64,000 bases of DNA, taken from Flavobacteriaceae bacterium (GTDB lineage Bacteria > Bacteroidota > Bacteroidia > Flavobacteriales > Flavobacteriaceae). The stretch lies in NCBI GenBank assembly GCA_016744415.1, contig JADGEL010000001.1, positions 963,855 to 1,027,854 of the forward strand, written 5' to 3'. The position numbers were made by a program, and so were the translations under genes. Shown one piece after another: positions 44,745 to 54,600 of the stretch (positions are counted from its first letter, which is position 1; each line of letters begins with the position of its first letter). The notes under the pieces are model-generated. The model saw only the letters and a program-made list of their open reading frames with translations. It did not search any database and was not told the origin of the DNA.

Positions 44745-45884
44745 ATGAGAGTTTTTGCAATTATTATAATTTCTATGTTATCTCTTTTTGCATGTCAAAA
44801 TGAAAAAGAGGATACTTTAAGATCTAATGAGAATCAAGAAAAGTTAAAAGTTGCTGTTTTTAGTGGTAATGGTGCTGGAGAAGTTTCAGTTATTGAAACA
44901 ATTGAAGCCTTAAAGATAGATACTGGAATTATAGCGATGCCATTAAGTGCTTCTGCGATTCAAGAAGGAGAATTAAGTGAATTTGATGTCTTGATATTTC
45001 CTGGCGGAAGTGGTAGTAAACAATTATTAAACCTTGGTAAAAAAGGGCAAGAAATTGTAATAGATTTTGTTAAAAAGCAAGGAAATGGAGTAATTGGTAT
45101 TTGTGCAGGAGCTTATTTACTATCGTCAACAGAAGGTTATCCTAACTTAAAATTAGCAAGTTCAATTCATATTGATAGAGCACATTATAATAGAGGCCGT
45201 GGATTGGTTGAATTTGAGTTAACACAATCGGGTTTTGAAGTTTTTCCAGAATTAAAAAGTAATCGCCTTTTTGCTCAATATTATGATGGGCCAGTTTTAG
45301 TAAAAAATGATAATGCAGAAGTACAGTTTGAAGAATTAGGAAAATACATAACTGATATACACCCTGATGATTTTGCACCTGAGGGAATAACACCAGGTAA
45401 AACATTTATTCTTAGAGAAAAAGTAGGAAAAGGGAAAGTGTTTTTAATTGCGGGTCACCCAGAATCAACACCAGGAATGCGTTGGATGGTACCTCGAATG
45501 GTACGTTGGGTTAGTGGAAGTGAACTGGTGAGCTATAATCAAAAATGGGTAAGACCTCAAATAAATAACAAAGCAATTATTTTTGATAATGCGCTCAAAA
45601 AAGAAGAAAAGAAGAATTATTGGCTTTTGTTTAGCAAGAACCCACAAGAACAATCTCAGGCAATAAATACATTGTATTCTTACCGATCAAGACCAGCTGT
45701 AAGATGGAATATTGGGCTATTGCGGAGCACGCACCCAGAAACAAGAAGGTTGGCAGCAAAAACTTTAAAGGAAACAGAGTATTCTTATGCGTTACCAGAT
45801 TTAGAAATAGCTTTAAAGGATGAAAACGATTCACTTACTAAAACAATTTTTCAGGAATCTATTAAATTCTTGAAAAATAAATAA
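44745..45884 (+). CDS. Lipoprotein with a class I glutamine-amidotransferase-like (BPL_N-type) domain and C-terminal HEAT-like repeats
   Basis: Lipobox SLFAC, DVLIFPGGSG and the nucleophile-elbow-like GVIGICAGAYLL. The C-terminal part (RPAVRWNIGLL...ETRRLAAKTL...LPDLEIALKDEN) is HEAT-like. Confidence 0.55.
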   Translation: MRVFAIIIISMLSLFACQNEKEDTLRSNENQEKLKVAVFSGNGAGEVSVIETIEALKIDTGIIAMPLSASAIQEGELSEFDVLIFPGGSGSKQLLNLGKKGQEIVIDFVKKQGNGVIGICAGAYLLSSTEGYPNLKLASSIHIDRAHYNRGRGLVEFELTQSGFEVFPELKSNRLFAQYYDGPVLVKNDNAEVQFEELGKYITDIHPDDFAPEGITPGKTFILREKVGKGKVFLIAGHPESTPGMRWMVPRMVRWVSGSELVSYNQKWVRPQINNKAIIFDNALKKEEKKNYWLLFSKNPQEQSQAINTLYSYRSRPAVRWNIGLLRSTHPETRRLAAKTLKETEYSYALPDLEIALKDENDSLTKTIFQESIKFLKNK

Positions 45885-45927
45885 AGAGACCATAATATAA
45901 TTTTTAATTAGCTTTTAGCAGTAAATT

Positions 45928-46842
45928 TTAAAAAATAGAAGAAGCTGTTTTGGTTGTGAATTTTTCTAAAACAGTCATTCCTTTTAAAGAATTTCCGTTT
46001 TTATTTAATTTAGGACTCCAAACTGTGATTGCATATTCGTTTGGGTAGATAGCAACAATACCACCTCCTACACCGCTTTTTCCAGGTAAACCTACTCTAA
46101 ATGCAAACTCTCCAGATTCATCATAAAATCCACAAGTTAAAATAGTAGCATTGATTCTTTTTGAAGCACTGCGAGTAATTATTTGCTCGTTGGTATAAGA
46201 TAATTTACCGCCATTAGAAAAAATTAAAAACGAAGTTGCTAATTCTGAACAGGTCATTTCTAAAGAACACATGTGGTAGTATAAATCTAAAACTTCATCA
46301 ACATCATTTTCAATATTGTTAAATGATTTCATCAAATTTACGTGTGCTGCATTTTTAAACCCATGTTCAGTTTCAGATTGCATCACTTCTAAATTGTAAT
46401 TGATATTTTTATTATTTGCTAGTTTTTGTACAAACTGTAGCAATTCTTTTTTAGGATTTTTTAATTCGCTAATTAAAACATCACAGACTACTAAAGCGCC
46501 AGAATTAATCAAAGGATTTCTTGGAATTCCTTTTTCAAATTCTAGTTGAACTAATGAGTTAAATGGATCGCCCGATGGTTCAACATCAACACGTTTCCAT
46601 AATTTCACTCCAATTAATTTTAAGGCTAAAGTGAGTGTAAAAACTTTTGAAATACTCTGAATCGAAAATTTTTCTTCAAAATCACCGACACCAAAACAAT
46701 CATTTTTGATAGTGCATAAGCTCACTCCAAACTTATTTGGATTCACTTTTTTCAAAGCAGGAATATAGGATGCAACGATTCCGTTATCTTTACATTCGCT
46801 CACTTCTTTGAATATTCCGTTTATTATTTTTTGATAATTCAT
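45928..46842 (-). CDS. glsA: Glutaminase A
   Basis: SIQSISKVFTLTLAL (Ser-x-x-Lys), NPLINSGAL and GKSGVGGGIVA motifs. ATG 46842 is preferred over the track start at 46863. Confidence 0.9.
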   Translation of the reverse strand: MNYQKIINGIFKEVSECKDNGIVASYIPALKKVNPNKFGVSLCTIKNDCFGVGDFEEKFSIQSISKVFTLTLALKLIGVKLWKRVDVEPSGDPFNSLVQLEFEKGIPRNPLINSGALVVCDVLISELKNPKKELLQFVQKLANNKNINYNLEVMQSETEHGFKNAAHVNLMKSFNNIENDVDEVLDLYYHMCSLEMTCSELATSFLIFSNGGKLSYTNEQIITRSASKRINATILTCGFYDESGEFAFRVGLPGKSGVGGGIVAIYPNEYAITVWSPKLNKNGNSLKGMTVLEKFTTKTASSIF

Positions 46843-46944
46843 TGGCCAAAAATAAAGAGGCAATAGTACATTTTAATTATTAAATATCAAATGCTATTTA
46901 TCATGATTAAAAATTTAAAATTATCTAAACAGTAAATATTAGCG

Positions 46945-46952
46945 TAAATTTG
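46945..46952 (+). promoter_or_regulatory. Candidate -7 promoter box (TAAATTTG) upstream of the ECF sigma gene
   Basis: It matches TAnnTTTG and lies 45 nt upstream of the TTG start. It is followed by two TTCGCAAC direct repeats (46957-46964, 46984-46991). Confidence 0.35.
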
Positions 46953-46996
46953 TACGTTCGCAACGGATATAAGTTGTATAAAATTCGCAACAAGGT

Positions 46997-47563
46997 TTGG
47001 GTAAAGTGTCAAGCATTTTAAAAGATAAATCACAAGAACAATTATGGAGATTGTTTATTAATGGCGACATGCACGCTTTTAATTTAATCTACAGTACCCA
47101 TTATCAAATGTTGCATAATTTTGGTGTTAAGTTTTTATCGCCTTCAGAAATTGAAGATGCCATTCACGACACCTTTTTAAATTTATTGAATTACAAAAAA
47201 TCACTTAATGAGGTAAACAATGTAAAAGCATATTTATTTAAATGCTTGCGAAATCAAATTTTTAAAATAAAAAAAAGTAATAAACTTGAGTTTAGTTTGG
47301 TTGAAGGAACAATTCAAAGTGATGTTGAAACTCATGATAAAGAAAAAGCCCTGATTGAATTAAAAAAAATCATTAAGCAACTGAGCCCGAGAGAGCGTGA
47401 GATTGTTTATTTAAAATATTTTCAACATTTTAATAATAAAGAGATTGCAGATTTGTTAGGGATTAAATACCAAACGGTTAGAAATATTCTAGCAAATGCA
47501 ATTATTAAATTAAGAGTCTTAGGAGAAGATATCATACCATTGTTGTTTTTACTTTTTAAATAA
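46997..47563 (+). CDS. ECF-type RNA polymerase sigma-70 factor
   Basis: Region 2 (HDTFLNLL) and region 4 HTH (REREIVYLKYFQHFNNKEIADLLGIKYQTVRNILANAIIKLR). It uses a TTG start. Confidence 0.85.
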   Translation: MGKVSSILKDKSQEQLWRLFINGDMHAFNLIYSTHYQMLHNFGVKFLSPSEIEDAIHDTFLNLLNYKKSLNEVNNVKAYLFKCLRNQIFKIKKSNKLEFSLVEGTIQSDVETHDKEKALIELKKIIKQLSPREREIVYLKYFQHFNNKEIADLLGIKYQTVRNILANAIIKLRVLGEDIIPLLFLLFK

Positions 47564-47634
47564 ATAGTTGCATTTTTATATAGTACAAAGTTTAAATTCA
47601 TACTCCTGTCCAAAGACAGTCTTAATTATTTTTC

Positions 47635-50199
47635 ATGAAAAACATATTTAAAGTATTGGTTATTTTGATCTTCATTTCATGCCAATTCACCTCCCAAGCC
47701 CAAAACTATTATTACGAGTCATACCAACCTTTTAATTCTGAGATCCCAACTCCAGAAGAATTTTTAGAATACTCAATTGGTGATTATCACACACGTCACG
47801 ATTTGGTTGTAGCTTATTTTTATAAGTTGGCTGAGTTGTCTGATAAAGCAAAAATCACAGTTTATGGTAAATCTAATGAAAACCGAAAGTTAATTATGCT
47901 AACGGTAACATCTCAAAAGAATCATTCAGATATAGAAAGCTACAAGGAAAAACATCAACAAGTAGTTGAAGGAACTCATAACATTACTGATTTTTCATCA
48001 CTCCCAATCTTTATAAATCTGGGATATGGTGTGCATGGAAATGAACCATCTAGTACCGAAGCTGCATTATTAACAGCCTATACTTTGGTGGCTTCAGAAA
48101 ATAGTGAAGTGAAAAAATATTTAGAAGAATCTATTGTATTCATTGATCCACTTATTAATCCTGATGGTCGAGATCGTCATTCTAATTGGGCAAATACTTT
48201 TAGAGGCACTCCTTTAATTGCCGATTCGTATGACATTGAACACAACGAGGGTTGGCCAAGGGGAAGAACCAATCATTATTGGTTCGATTTAAATAGAGAT
48301 TGGTTATTGGCGGTACAGCCAGAAAGTAATGCAAAGCTAAAATGGTTTCACGAATGGCATCCAAATGTGGTGACGGATTTCCACGAAATGGGAACAAGTA
48401 GTACTTACTTTTTTGAGCCAAAACAATTATCAGCATCACTAACTCCTATTACTCCTGAAGAAAATTATACCATCTTAAATGATTTATTTGCAGAGCAGTA
48501 TTCAAAAGATTTAGACGCCATAGGTTCTTTGTATTTTACGAAAGAAAAATATGATGCTACTTATCCTGGTTACGGTTCTACCTATGCAGATTTACATGGT
48601 TCTTTGGCTTTGTTATTTGAGCAAGCTAGTGCAAGAGGGCATCTGCAAGAAACCCCAACCGGTGAAATGAGTTTTTCATTTGCGATTAAAAATCAATTTG
48701 TATCTAGTTTTTCAACGATAACTGCAGCCATCAAAAATAAGAATGTATTATATGATTATCAGCAGCGTTTTTATAAAGAATCAAGAAAGAAAGCTGAACA
48801 AAGCAATTTAAAAGGATATGTTTTTGGCGATAATTATGACAAGAATAGGACAAAAGAGTTTATCGACTTATTATTAAAGCATCAGATTGAAGCCTATCCA
48901 ATCAATGATAAAATTACCATCAACAATAAAATATTTAATAAAGAATCAGGATATTTTGTACCAACAGAACAGGATAATCATTATATGGTGCAAACCATAT
49001 TTGAAACCTATGATAAATATCGCGATAGTGTTTATTACGATGCGTCGGCTTGGTCTTTGGTTAATTTTTATAATATGAATTATGAAGAAGTAAAAAAAAC
49101 ACCTGCACATGCTGATGTGATTTCTGAGGATTCAAATAAAATAAAAATCAGCAGTCTGCAAAAAAGTAATTATGCCTATGTTGTTTCTTGGGATGATTAT
49201 TATGCACCAGCATTGTTATACAAACTTCAAGATGAAGGTGTAATTGTAAAAGTTGCAACAAAAGAATTTACGGTTAACGCCAACGGAAAGAATGAAAGTT
49301 TTGATAGAGGATCGCTTTTAATTTCTGTAGGTGTTCAAAATAAAACTTCAAATAAAATATTTGAAATTGTAAAAAATGCAAGTGCCGAATTTAATATTCA
49401 GGCGTATCCTGTTGCAACCGGAATTAGTATTAGTGGTATTGATTTAGGTAGTTCAAACTTTAAAGCAATAAAACAACCTAAAGTTATGATGGTTGTTGAA
49501 GGTGGCGTATCATCTTATGAAGCTGGTGAAGTTTGGCATTTGTTTGAGCAGCGTATGAAAATGCCAATAACAAAAATTCCAGAACGTATTTTTTATAGAG
49601 CGGATTTAAGTAAATACAATACAATTATTTTAGTGTCAGGAAGCTATTCTTTATTAAATGAATCTACAAGAAACAAGTTGAAAGATTGGGTTGCTGATGG
49701 AAATACACTGATTACTTCTAGAGCTGCAAGTTCTTGGGCTCTCAAAAATAAAATTGTAAAAGAAACATTGATTAGTACTAAAAAAGATTCTACAAAAAGC
49801 CCCCGATTAAACTATGGAGAAGCAAGAGAGCATATTGGGAGAAATAGTATAGGAGGTGCCATTTTTGAAGTTGACTTAGACATCACACATCCTATTGGGT
49901 ATGGGTATCATGAGCGGACGTTACCTATTTATAAAAACAATCGTGTTTGGTTGTCACCGAGTAAAAATAATTTTTCTACGGTAGCAAAATATACTAAAGA
50001 TCCACATATTGATGGATATATAACACAAGAAAATTTAGAAAAGTACATGAATAAATCAGCTTCGATTATTGTTAGCCAGATCGGAAAAGGACGCGTTGTT
50101 CTATTTGCTGACAATCCTAATTTTAGAGGAGCTTGGTACGGAACAAATAAATTATTTATGAATGCTATCTTTTTTGGACAATTTATAAGAGTCCCTTAA
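47635..50199 (+). CDS. Secreted M14-family zinc carboxypeptidase with a large C-terminal extension
   Basis: Signal peptide. The HGNEPSSTEA (HxxE) zinc motif is present, with the third ligand in VVTDFHEMG and NPDGRD. Confidence 0.85.
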   Translation: MKNIFKVLVILIFISCQFTSQAQNYYYESYQPFNSEIPTPEEFLEYSIGDYHTRHDLVVAYFYKLAELSDKAKITVYGKSNENRKLIMLTVTSQKNHSDIESYKEKHQQVVEGTHNITDFSSLPIFINLGYGVHGNEPSSTEAALLTAYTLVASENSEVKKYLEESIVFIDPLINPDGRDRHSNWANTFRGTPLIADSYDIEHNEGWPRGRTNHYWFDLNRDWLLAVQPESNAKLKWFHEWHPNVVTDFHEMGTSSTYFFEPKQLSASLTPITPEENYTILNDLFAEQYSKDLDAIGSLYFTKEKYDATYPGYGSTYADLHGSLALLFEQASARGHLQETPTGEMSFSFAIKNQFVSSFSTITAAIKNKNVLYDYQQRFYKESRKKAEQSNLKGYVFGDNYDKNRTKEFIDLLLKHQIEAYPINDKITINNKIFNKESGYFVPTEQDNHYMVQTIFETYDKYRDSVYYDASAWSLVNFYNMNYEEVKKTPAHADVISEDSNKIKISSLQKSNYAYVVSWDDYYAPALLYKLQDEGVIVKVATKEFTVNANGKNESFDRGSLLISVGVQNKTSNKIFEIVKNASAEFNIQAYPVATGISISGIDLGSSNFKAIKQPKVMMVVEGGVSSYEAGEVWHLFEQRMKMPITKIPERIFYRADLSKYNTIILVSGSYSLLNESTRNKLKDWVADGNTLITSRAASSWALKNKIVKETLISTKKDSTKSPRLNYGEAREHIGRNSIGGAIFEVDLDITHPIGYGYHERTLPIYKNNRVWLSPSKNNFSTVAKYTKDPHIDGYITQENLEKYMNKSASIIVSQIGKGRVVLFADNPNFRGAWYGTNKLFMNAIFFGQFIRVP

Positions 50200-50221
50200 A
50201 AAATAAATTCAAATTTTTTAA

Positions 50222-50261
50222 AATCGTAATCATCTTATAAAAAGAAGGTTGCGATTTTTTT
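50222..50261 (+). terminator. Weak terminator-like hairpin after the M14 gene
   Basis: AATCGTAA(50222-50229)/TTGCGATT(50249-50256, one G-U pair), a 19-nt loop, then T7. The large loop makes this uncertain. Confidence 0.3.
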
Positions 50262-50357
50262 ATGAGCTTAACTAAAAAATAATAAAAATTTATTCTTTTT
50301 AGCATAGTACAATTTCTCTTTTTTAACTCTTCACTAATAAATAAGCGAACTAGAGTT

Positions 50358-51566
50358 ATGTCTAAAAACGAACGAACAAACGAATTACTTAACAACAACA
50401 AATTTATTGCCTGGGTATCTTCAGATAAAAAATCATTCACTGCTTATTGGGAAAATTACCAAAGTGAATTAGATGCTGATGGTTTAATAGCATTTGAAAA
50501 AGCAATTACCATACTTCAAAAATTAAATATGTTAGCTATTGATGATGAAGCTTCAAATAAATCGCCAGAATTTATTCAAGAGCAATACATCAACTTGTTA
50601 GAAGGTTTCTCTAAAATACAAAAAGGGACTATTAAAGTTATTCAATTAAAATCATATTACAAATATGCTGCAGCAATTGTACTAGTATTTGCTATAGCAG
50701 CAAGTGCTTTCTTTTTTACAGGCACTCAAAGTACATTCGAAAATCATTTAGCAAAAGTTGAATTTAACAATTCAGATATTTTAATTCAATCTGCATCAGA
50801 AGAATATTATAAAATTACTGATGAAACAAATCAGAAATGGTTGACAAAAAACGGAGTATTTGTAAATATAGATGGCGAGCAAATTAGTTTTACAGCTTCA
50901 GATAAAATTGATGCAGATGCTTATTGCAATTTTAAGATTGTTGTGCCGAATGGTAAAAATTATCAATTAAAATTAATTGACGGTACTGAAGTAGAATTAA
51001 ACTCAAATAGTACATTCTCTTTTAACAACGCAACAACTACAAATGAAAGAAACGTTACTTTAATTGGTGAAGCCTTTTTTGATGTAGCTAAAGATAAAAA
51101 TCGTCCATTTAAAGTACAATCGTCAGATATGTTGGTAGAGGTTTTAGGAACTGAATTTAATATTTCTAACAATCAAGATCAAGAATATACAAGTACAACT
51201 TTGGTTGAGGGGTCTATTAAAGTATTCAATCCACAAAACGAAAGTCAGATTATAAAACCAGGGTATCAAGCAAAGCTATTTCGTAATCAAAATGCCATAA
51301 AAGTAGACGTTGCAAATGTGCAAACCATTACTGCTTGGACTACAGGCAGGATGATATTTAACAACGAAAATTTAGAAAACTTGCTTCCAAAACTCAACAA
51401 GTGGTTTAATGTAGAATTTAAAATTGAAGGTGCTGCCATTAATAATTTTGAATTTACAGGAACTCTTAAAAGAGATAATGACCTTAACCATTTCTTGCAA
51501 ATGTTAGAGTATACCGAGGGTATTAATTATACTATTAAAAATAACCAAGTAATACTAACTAAATAG
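50358..51566 (+). CDS. FecR-family anti-sigma factor / transmembrane sensor
   Basis: Cytoplasmic N-terminus, a single TM helix (AAAIVLVFAIAASAFFF), and a periplasmic FecR domain (VTLIGEAFFDV, FKVQSSDMLVEVLGTEFNI) with a C-terminal DUF4974-like end. Confidence 0.85.
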   Translation: MSKNERTNELLNNNKFIAWVSSDKKSFTAYWENYQSELDADGLIAFEKAITILQKLNMLAIDDEASNKSPEFIQEQYINLLEGFSKIQKGTIKVIQLKSYYKYAAAIVLVFAIAASAFFFTGTQSTFENHLAKVEFNNSDILIQSASEEYYKITDETNQKWLTKNGVFVNIDGEQISFTASDKIDADAYCNFKIVVPNGKNYQLKLIDGTEVELNSNSTFSFNNATTTNERNVTLIGEAFFDVAKDKNRPFKVQSSDMLVEVLGTEFNISNNQDQEYTSTTLVEGSIKVFNPQNESQIIKPGYQAKLFRNQNAIKVDVANVQTITAWTTGRMIFNNENLENLLPKLNKWFNVEFKIEGAAINNFEFTGTLKRDNDLNHFLQMLEYTEGINYTIKNNQVILTK

Positions 51567-51631
51567 TTAACAAAAATCAATTAATCCTTTTTTGAATTAG
51601 CAATAATTCAAAATCAATAACCCAAATACGA

Positions 51632-54600
51632 ATGAAAGAATATTTTAAAATGTATTTTAAAAAATGGTTGAGTAAGAGTTTACTCACACTCATTTTGTCT
51701 TTTTGTATTTCTTTCTCTTATGCGGTCGTCCCAATAAATGATGAAAGTGTATTAGAAGTAAAACAAAAAGAATCAATTTCTATTAATGAAGAGCTATCTA
51801 TAAAGGAGTTGTTTATGAAAATAGAAAATCAAACAGATTACAGCTTTTTTTACAATAGTAATTTAAAAGAGTTATCTAATAGAGTAACAATCAATTTATC
51901 AAATGCTATAGTTAATGAAATTCTTGATTTAGCTTTCAATAATTTAAATATTGAATATTCAATCAATGATAATGATATTCTTATTAGACAAAAACAAGCA
52001 AATACACAGCAACAAACTAAAACAGTAGGTGGAGTTGTTTATGACGATTTAGGTTTAACCTTGCCAGGTGTAAATATTTTAGTTGTTGGAACTAAAGATG
52101 GGGCAACAACAGACTTTGATGGTGTTTTTTCTTTAGAAGTTTCTAATGATGATAGTTTGACGTTTTCTTTTGTAGGCTTTAAAAGCCAAACAGTAAAAGT
52201 AGCCGGAAACACCAATTTTAAAATTACAATGTCGCCAGAAGACAATGTATTAGATGAGGTAATTATAGCAGGTGTTGCTGCTGGTACATCTCGTAAAAAA
52301 ATATCTATTTCTGTAGCTAGATTAAATGAAGATGATATAAACAAAGTACCGCAAACTTCAGTTTCATCTGCATTACAAGGAAAAATTGCAGGGGTTACCT
52401 CAACCTCATTAAGTGGTTCTCCAGGATCTAGTGACCAAATTGTACTAAGAGGAGCAACAAGTTTTTTAGGATCTAATAGCCCAATGATTTTGATTGATGG
52501 TGTTATTATGCAAGGTTCATTAGCTGATATCAATGTAGATGATGTTGAAAATATGGAAATTGTAAAAGGAGCAGCAGCCTCTTCATTATATGGTTCGGAA
52601 GCTGCAAATGGAGTAATTGTTATTACTTCAAAAAGAGGTAAAAGTTCAAAAAACGGAAATGCTGCAATCACTGTTAGAAGTGAGACTGGATTTCAAGAGG
52701 TAGCTAAATATTTAGACCTGTCAACTTCGCATCATTATTATTTATCACCAGAGTGGCAAGAGAATGACACCTATACTAATTATTATTTTGTTGATTACCC
52801 TGCAGATTATGTTTCTGGATGGGATCCTAGAATTAATGGCAATAGAATTGAAAAGCCAAACCATTATCAAGATTTACCATTTAGAGTTAACAGAAACTTG
52901 CAAAAGGAAATGTTTACTGGAGGTTTGTATTCAACAAATTTTGTCAGCTTTTCTAAATCTATCAACAAAACAAATGTGTATGCCTCTTTTGAGAATAATG
53001 AAAATCAAGGGGTAGTGATAGAAACAGGAGGTTATAAACGGCAAAGTGTACGGTTAAATGTAGACTTTGATATTTCTGAAAATGTTAGCTTCTCTGCAAG
53101 TAACAATTATATCAAGACTTCTAATGATTTCTTGGGAGGTGGTACTGCAGCATTTTTTGAAGTATTAATGACTGAGCCTGATGTAGATTTATTTGCTGAT
53201 AATGTAGATGGACAGAAATACAACTTCTATCCAAACCATTGGAACACACAATTTGCAAATCCAATCTATGATTTGTGGAAAAAAGAAAGTGGTTCAGATA
53301 AATCTCGATTGATGAGTGCTTTTGACTTAAAATGGAAAACCAATGATTGGTTAAATTTTGAGACTTCTTATGCTTTTGAAAGACAAGATTACCACAGTAC
53401 TAATTATACACCAAAAGGAACCATAGTTGATTTACAACCAAACTATTTAGATCCAAACGCAAATGTTCCAATTGTTGATCCAAACAATCCTATTAACCCT
53501 CAATATTCTGATGGTTCATTAAGTAAATATAATTCTACAATTTTCAATCAAACCTTTAGAGCTACAGCTAATTTTAAAAAGAGTTGGGGAGAGTTAGACT
53601 TTAATGGAAAACTGAGTTATTTATATGAAAACAATCAATTTGAATCAATTACAACAAGAGGGTCAGAATTTTCTTTAGAAGGTTATCCGTCATTTGATTT
53701 TTTAAATCAAGAAACGATATCCGCAACTGATTATATTTTTCAAGATATTACATATAATTATTTTGTGATAGCTTCATTTGTATATAAAGACCGTTATATT
53801 TTTGATGCCTTGTATAGAAATGATAACTCATCATTGTTTGGTTCTGAAGTAAGAAGTCAAAACTATTTTAGAGTTTCGGGAGCTTATCGTATTTCTAAGG
53901 ATATTGAAATACTGGGGGTTCAAGAATTAAAATTGAGGGGGGCTTATGGTGGTTCTGGTGTGAGGCCACCTGATGGTGCTATTTATGATATTTTTACAGC
54001 TACACAAACAGGGACTGAGCCACTTCAAAAAGGAAACCCGTATTTAACACCTTCACAATCTAATGAATTAGAAATAGGTTTAGAAGCATCATTCTTAAAC
54101 AGATTCAGGTTCGAAGCTACTTACTCATTTACTCAAGTTTTAGATCAATATGTAAATGCTCCTTTGGCAGCTTGGGAGAGTGGTTTTCCACATAAATGGG
54201 TAAATGCAGGAGAACTTCAAAGCAAGTCTATTGAAGCGATGTTAAATGCCAACATTATTAATAACGAAAACTTTAAATGGGATGTTACATTAACCTTTGA
54301 TAAAATTGATCAAAAAATTACAAAGTTAAATATCCCTGAATACAGAACAGGACCAAGAGGTGCTTTTAAAATCCGTGAAGGTGAGGCTTATGGAGGTATG
54401 TACGGGTCTGATTTTGTAAGGACATTAGATCAAATGGAAGAACAATTGCCAAGCGGTACTGATATTACAGAGTATTCTGTAAACAGAGATGGTGTAGTTG
54501 TTTTAACAAGTGATATTGGTTCTGTCAATGAAAAACCATACATCCTTTTAGATGAAACTGGAGCCAGAGCAAATGTAAAAATTGGAGATATCAATCCTGA

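Noticed and set aside
50183-50440. 85-aa minus-strand ORF spanning the M14-FecR intergenic gap
   Set aside because: It overlaps the ends of two well-supported + strand genes, and it has no motif or start context. I treat it as a chance ORF in AT-rich DNA.
52039-52671. 210-aa ORF antisense to the SusC gene
   Set aside because: It lies entirely inside a well-supported SusC reading frame. Its product is low-complexity (Pro/Ser/Thr/Ile-rich), with no signal or motif. This is the typical shadow ORF produced by codon bias on the opposite strand.
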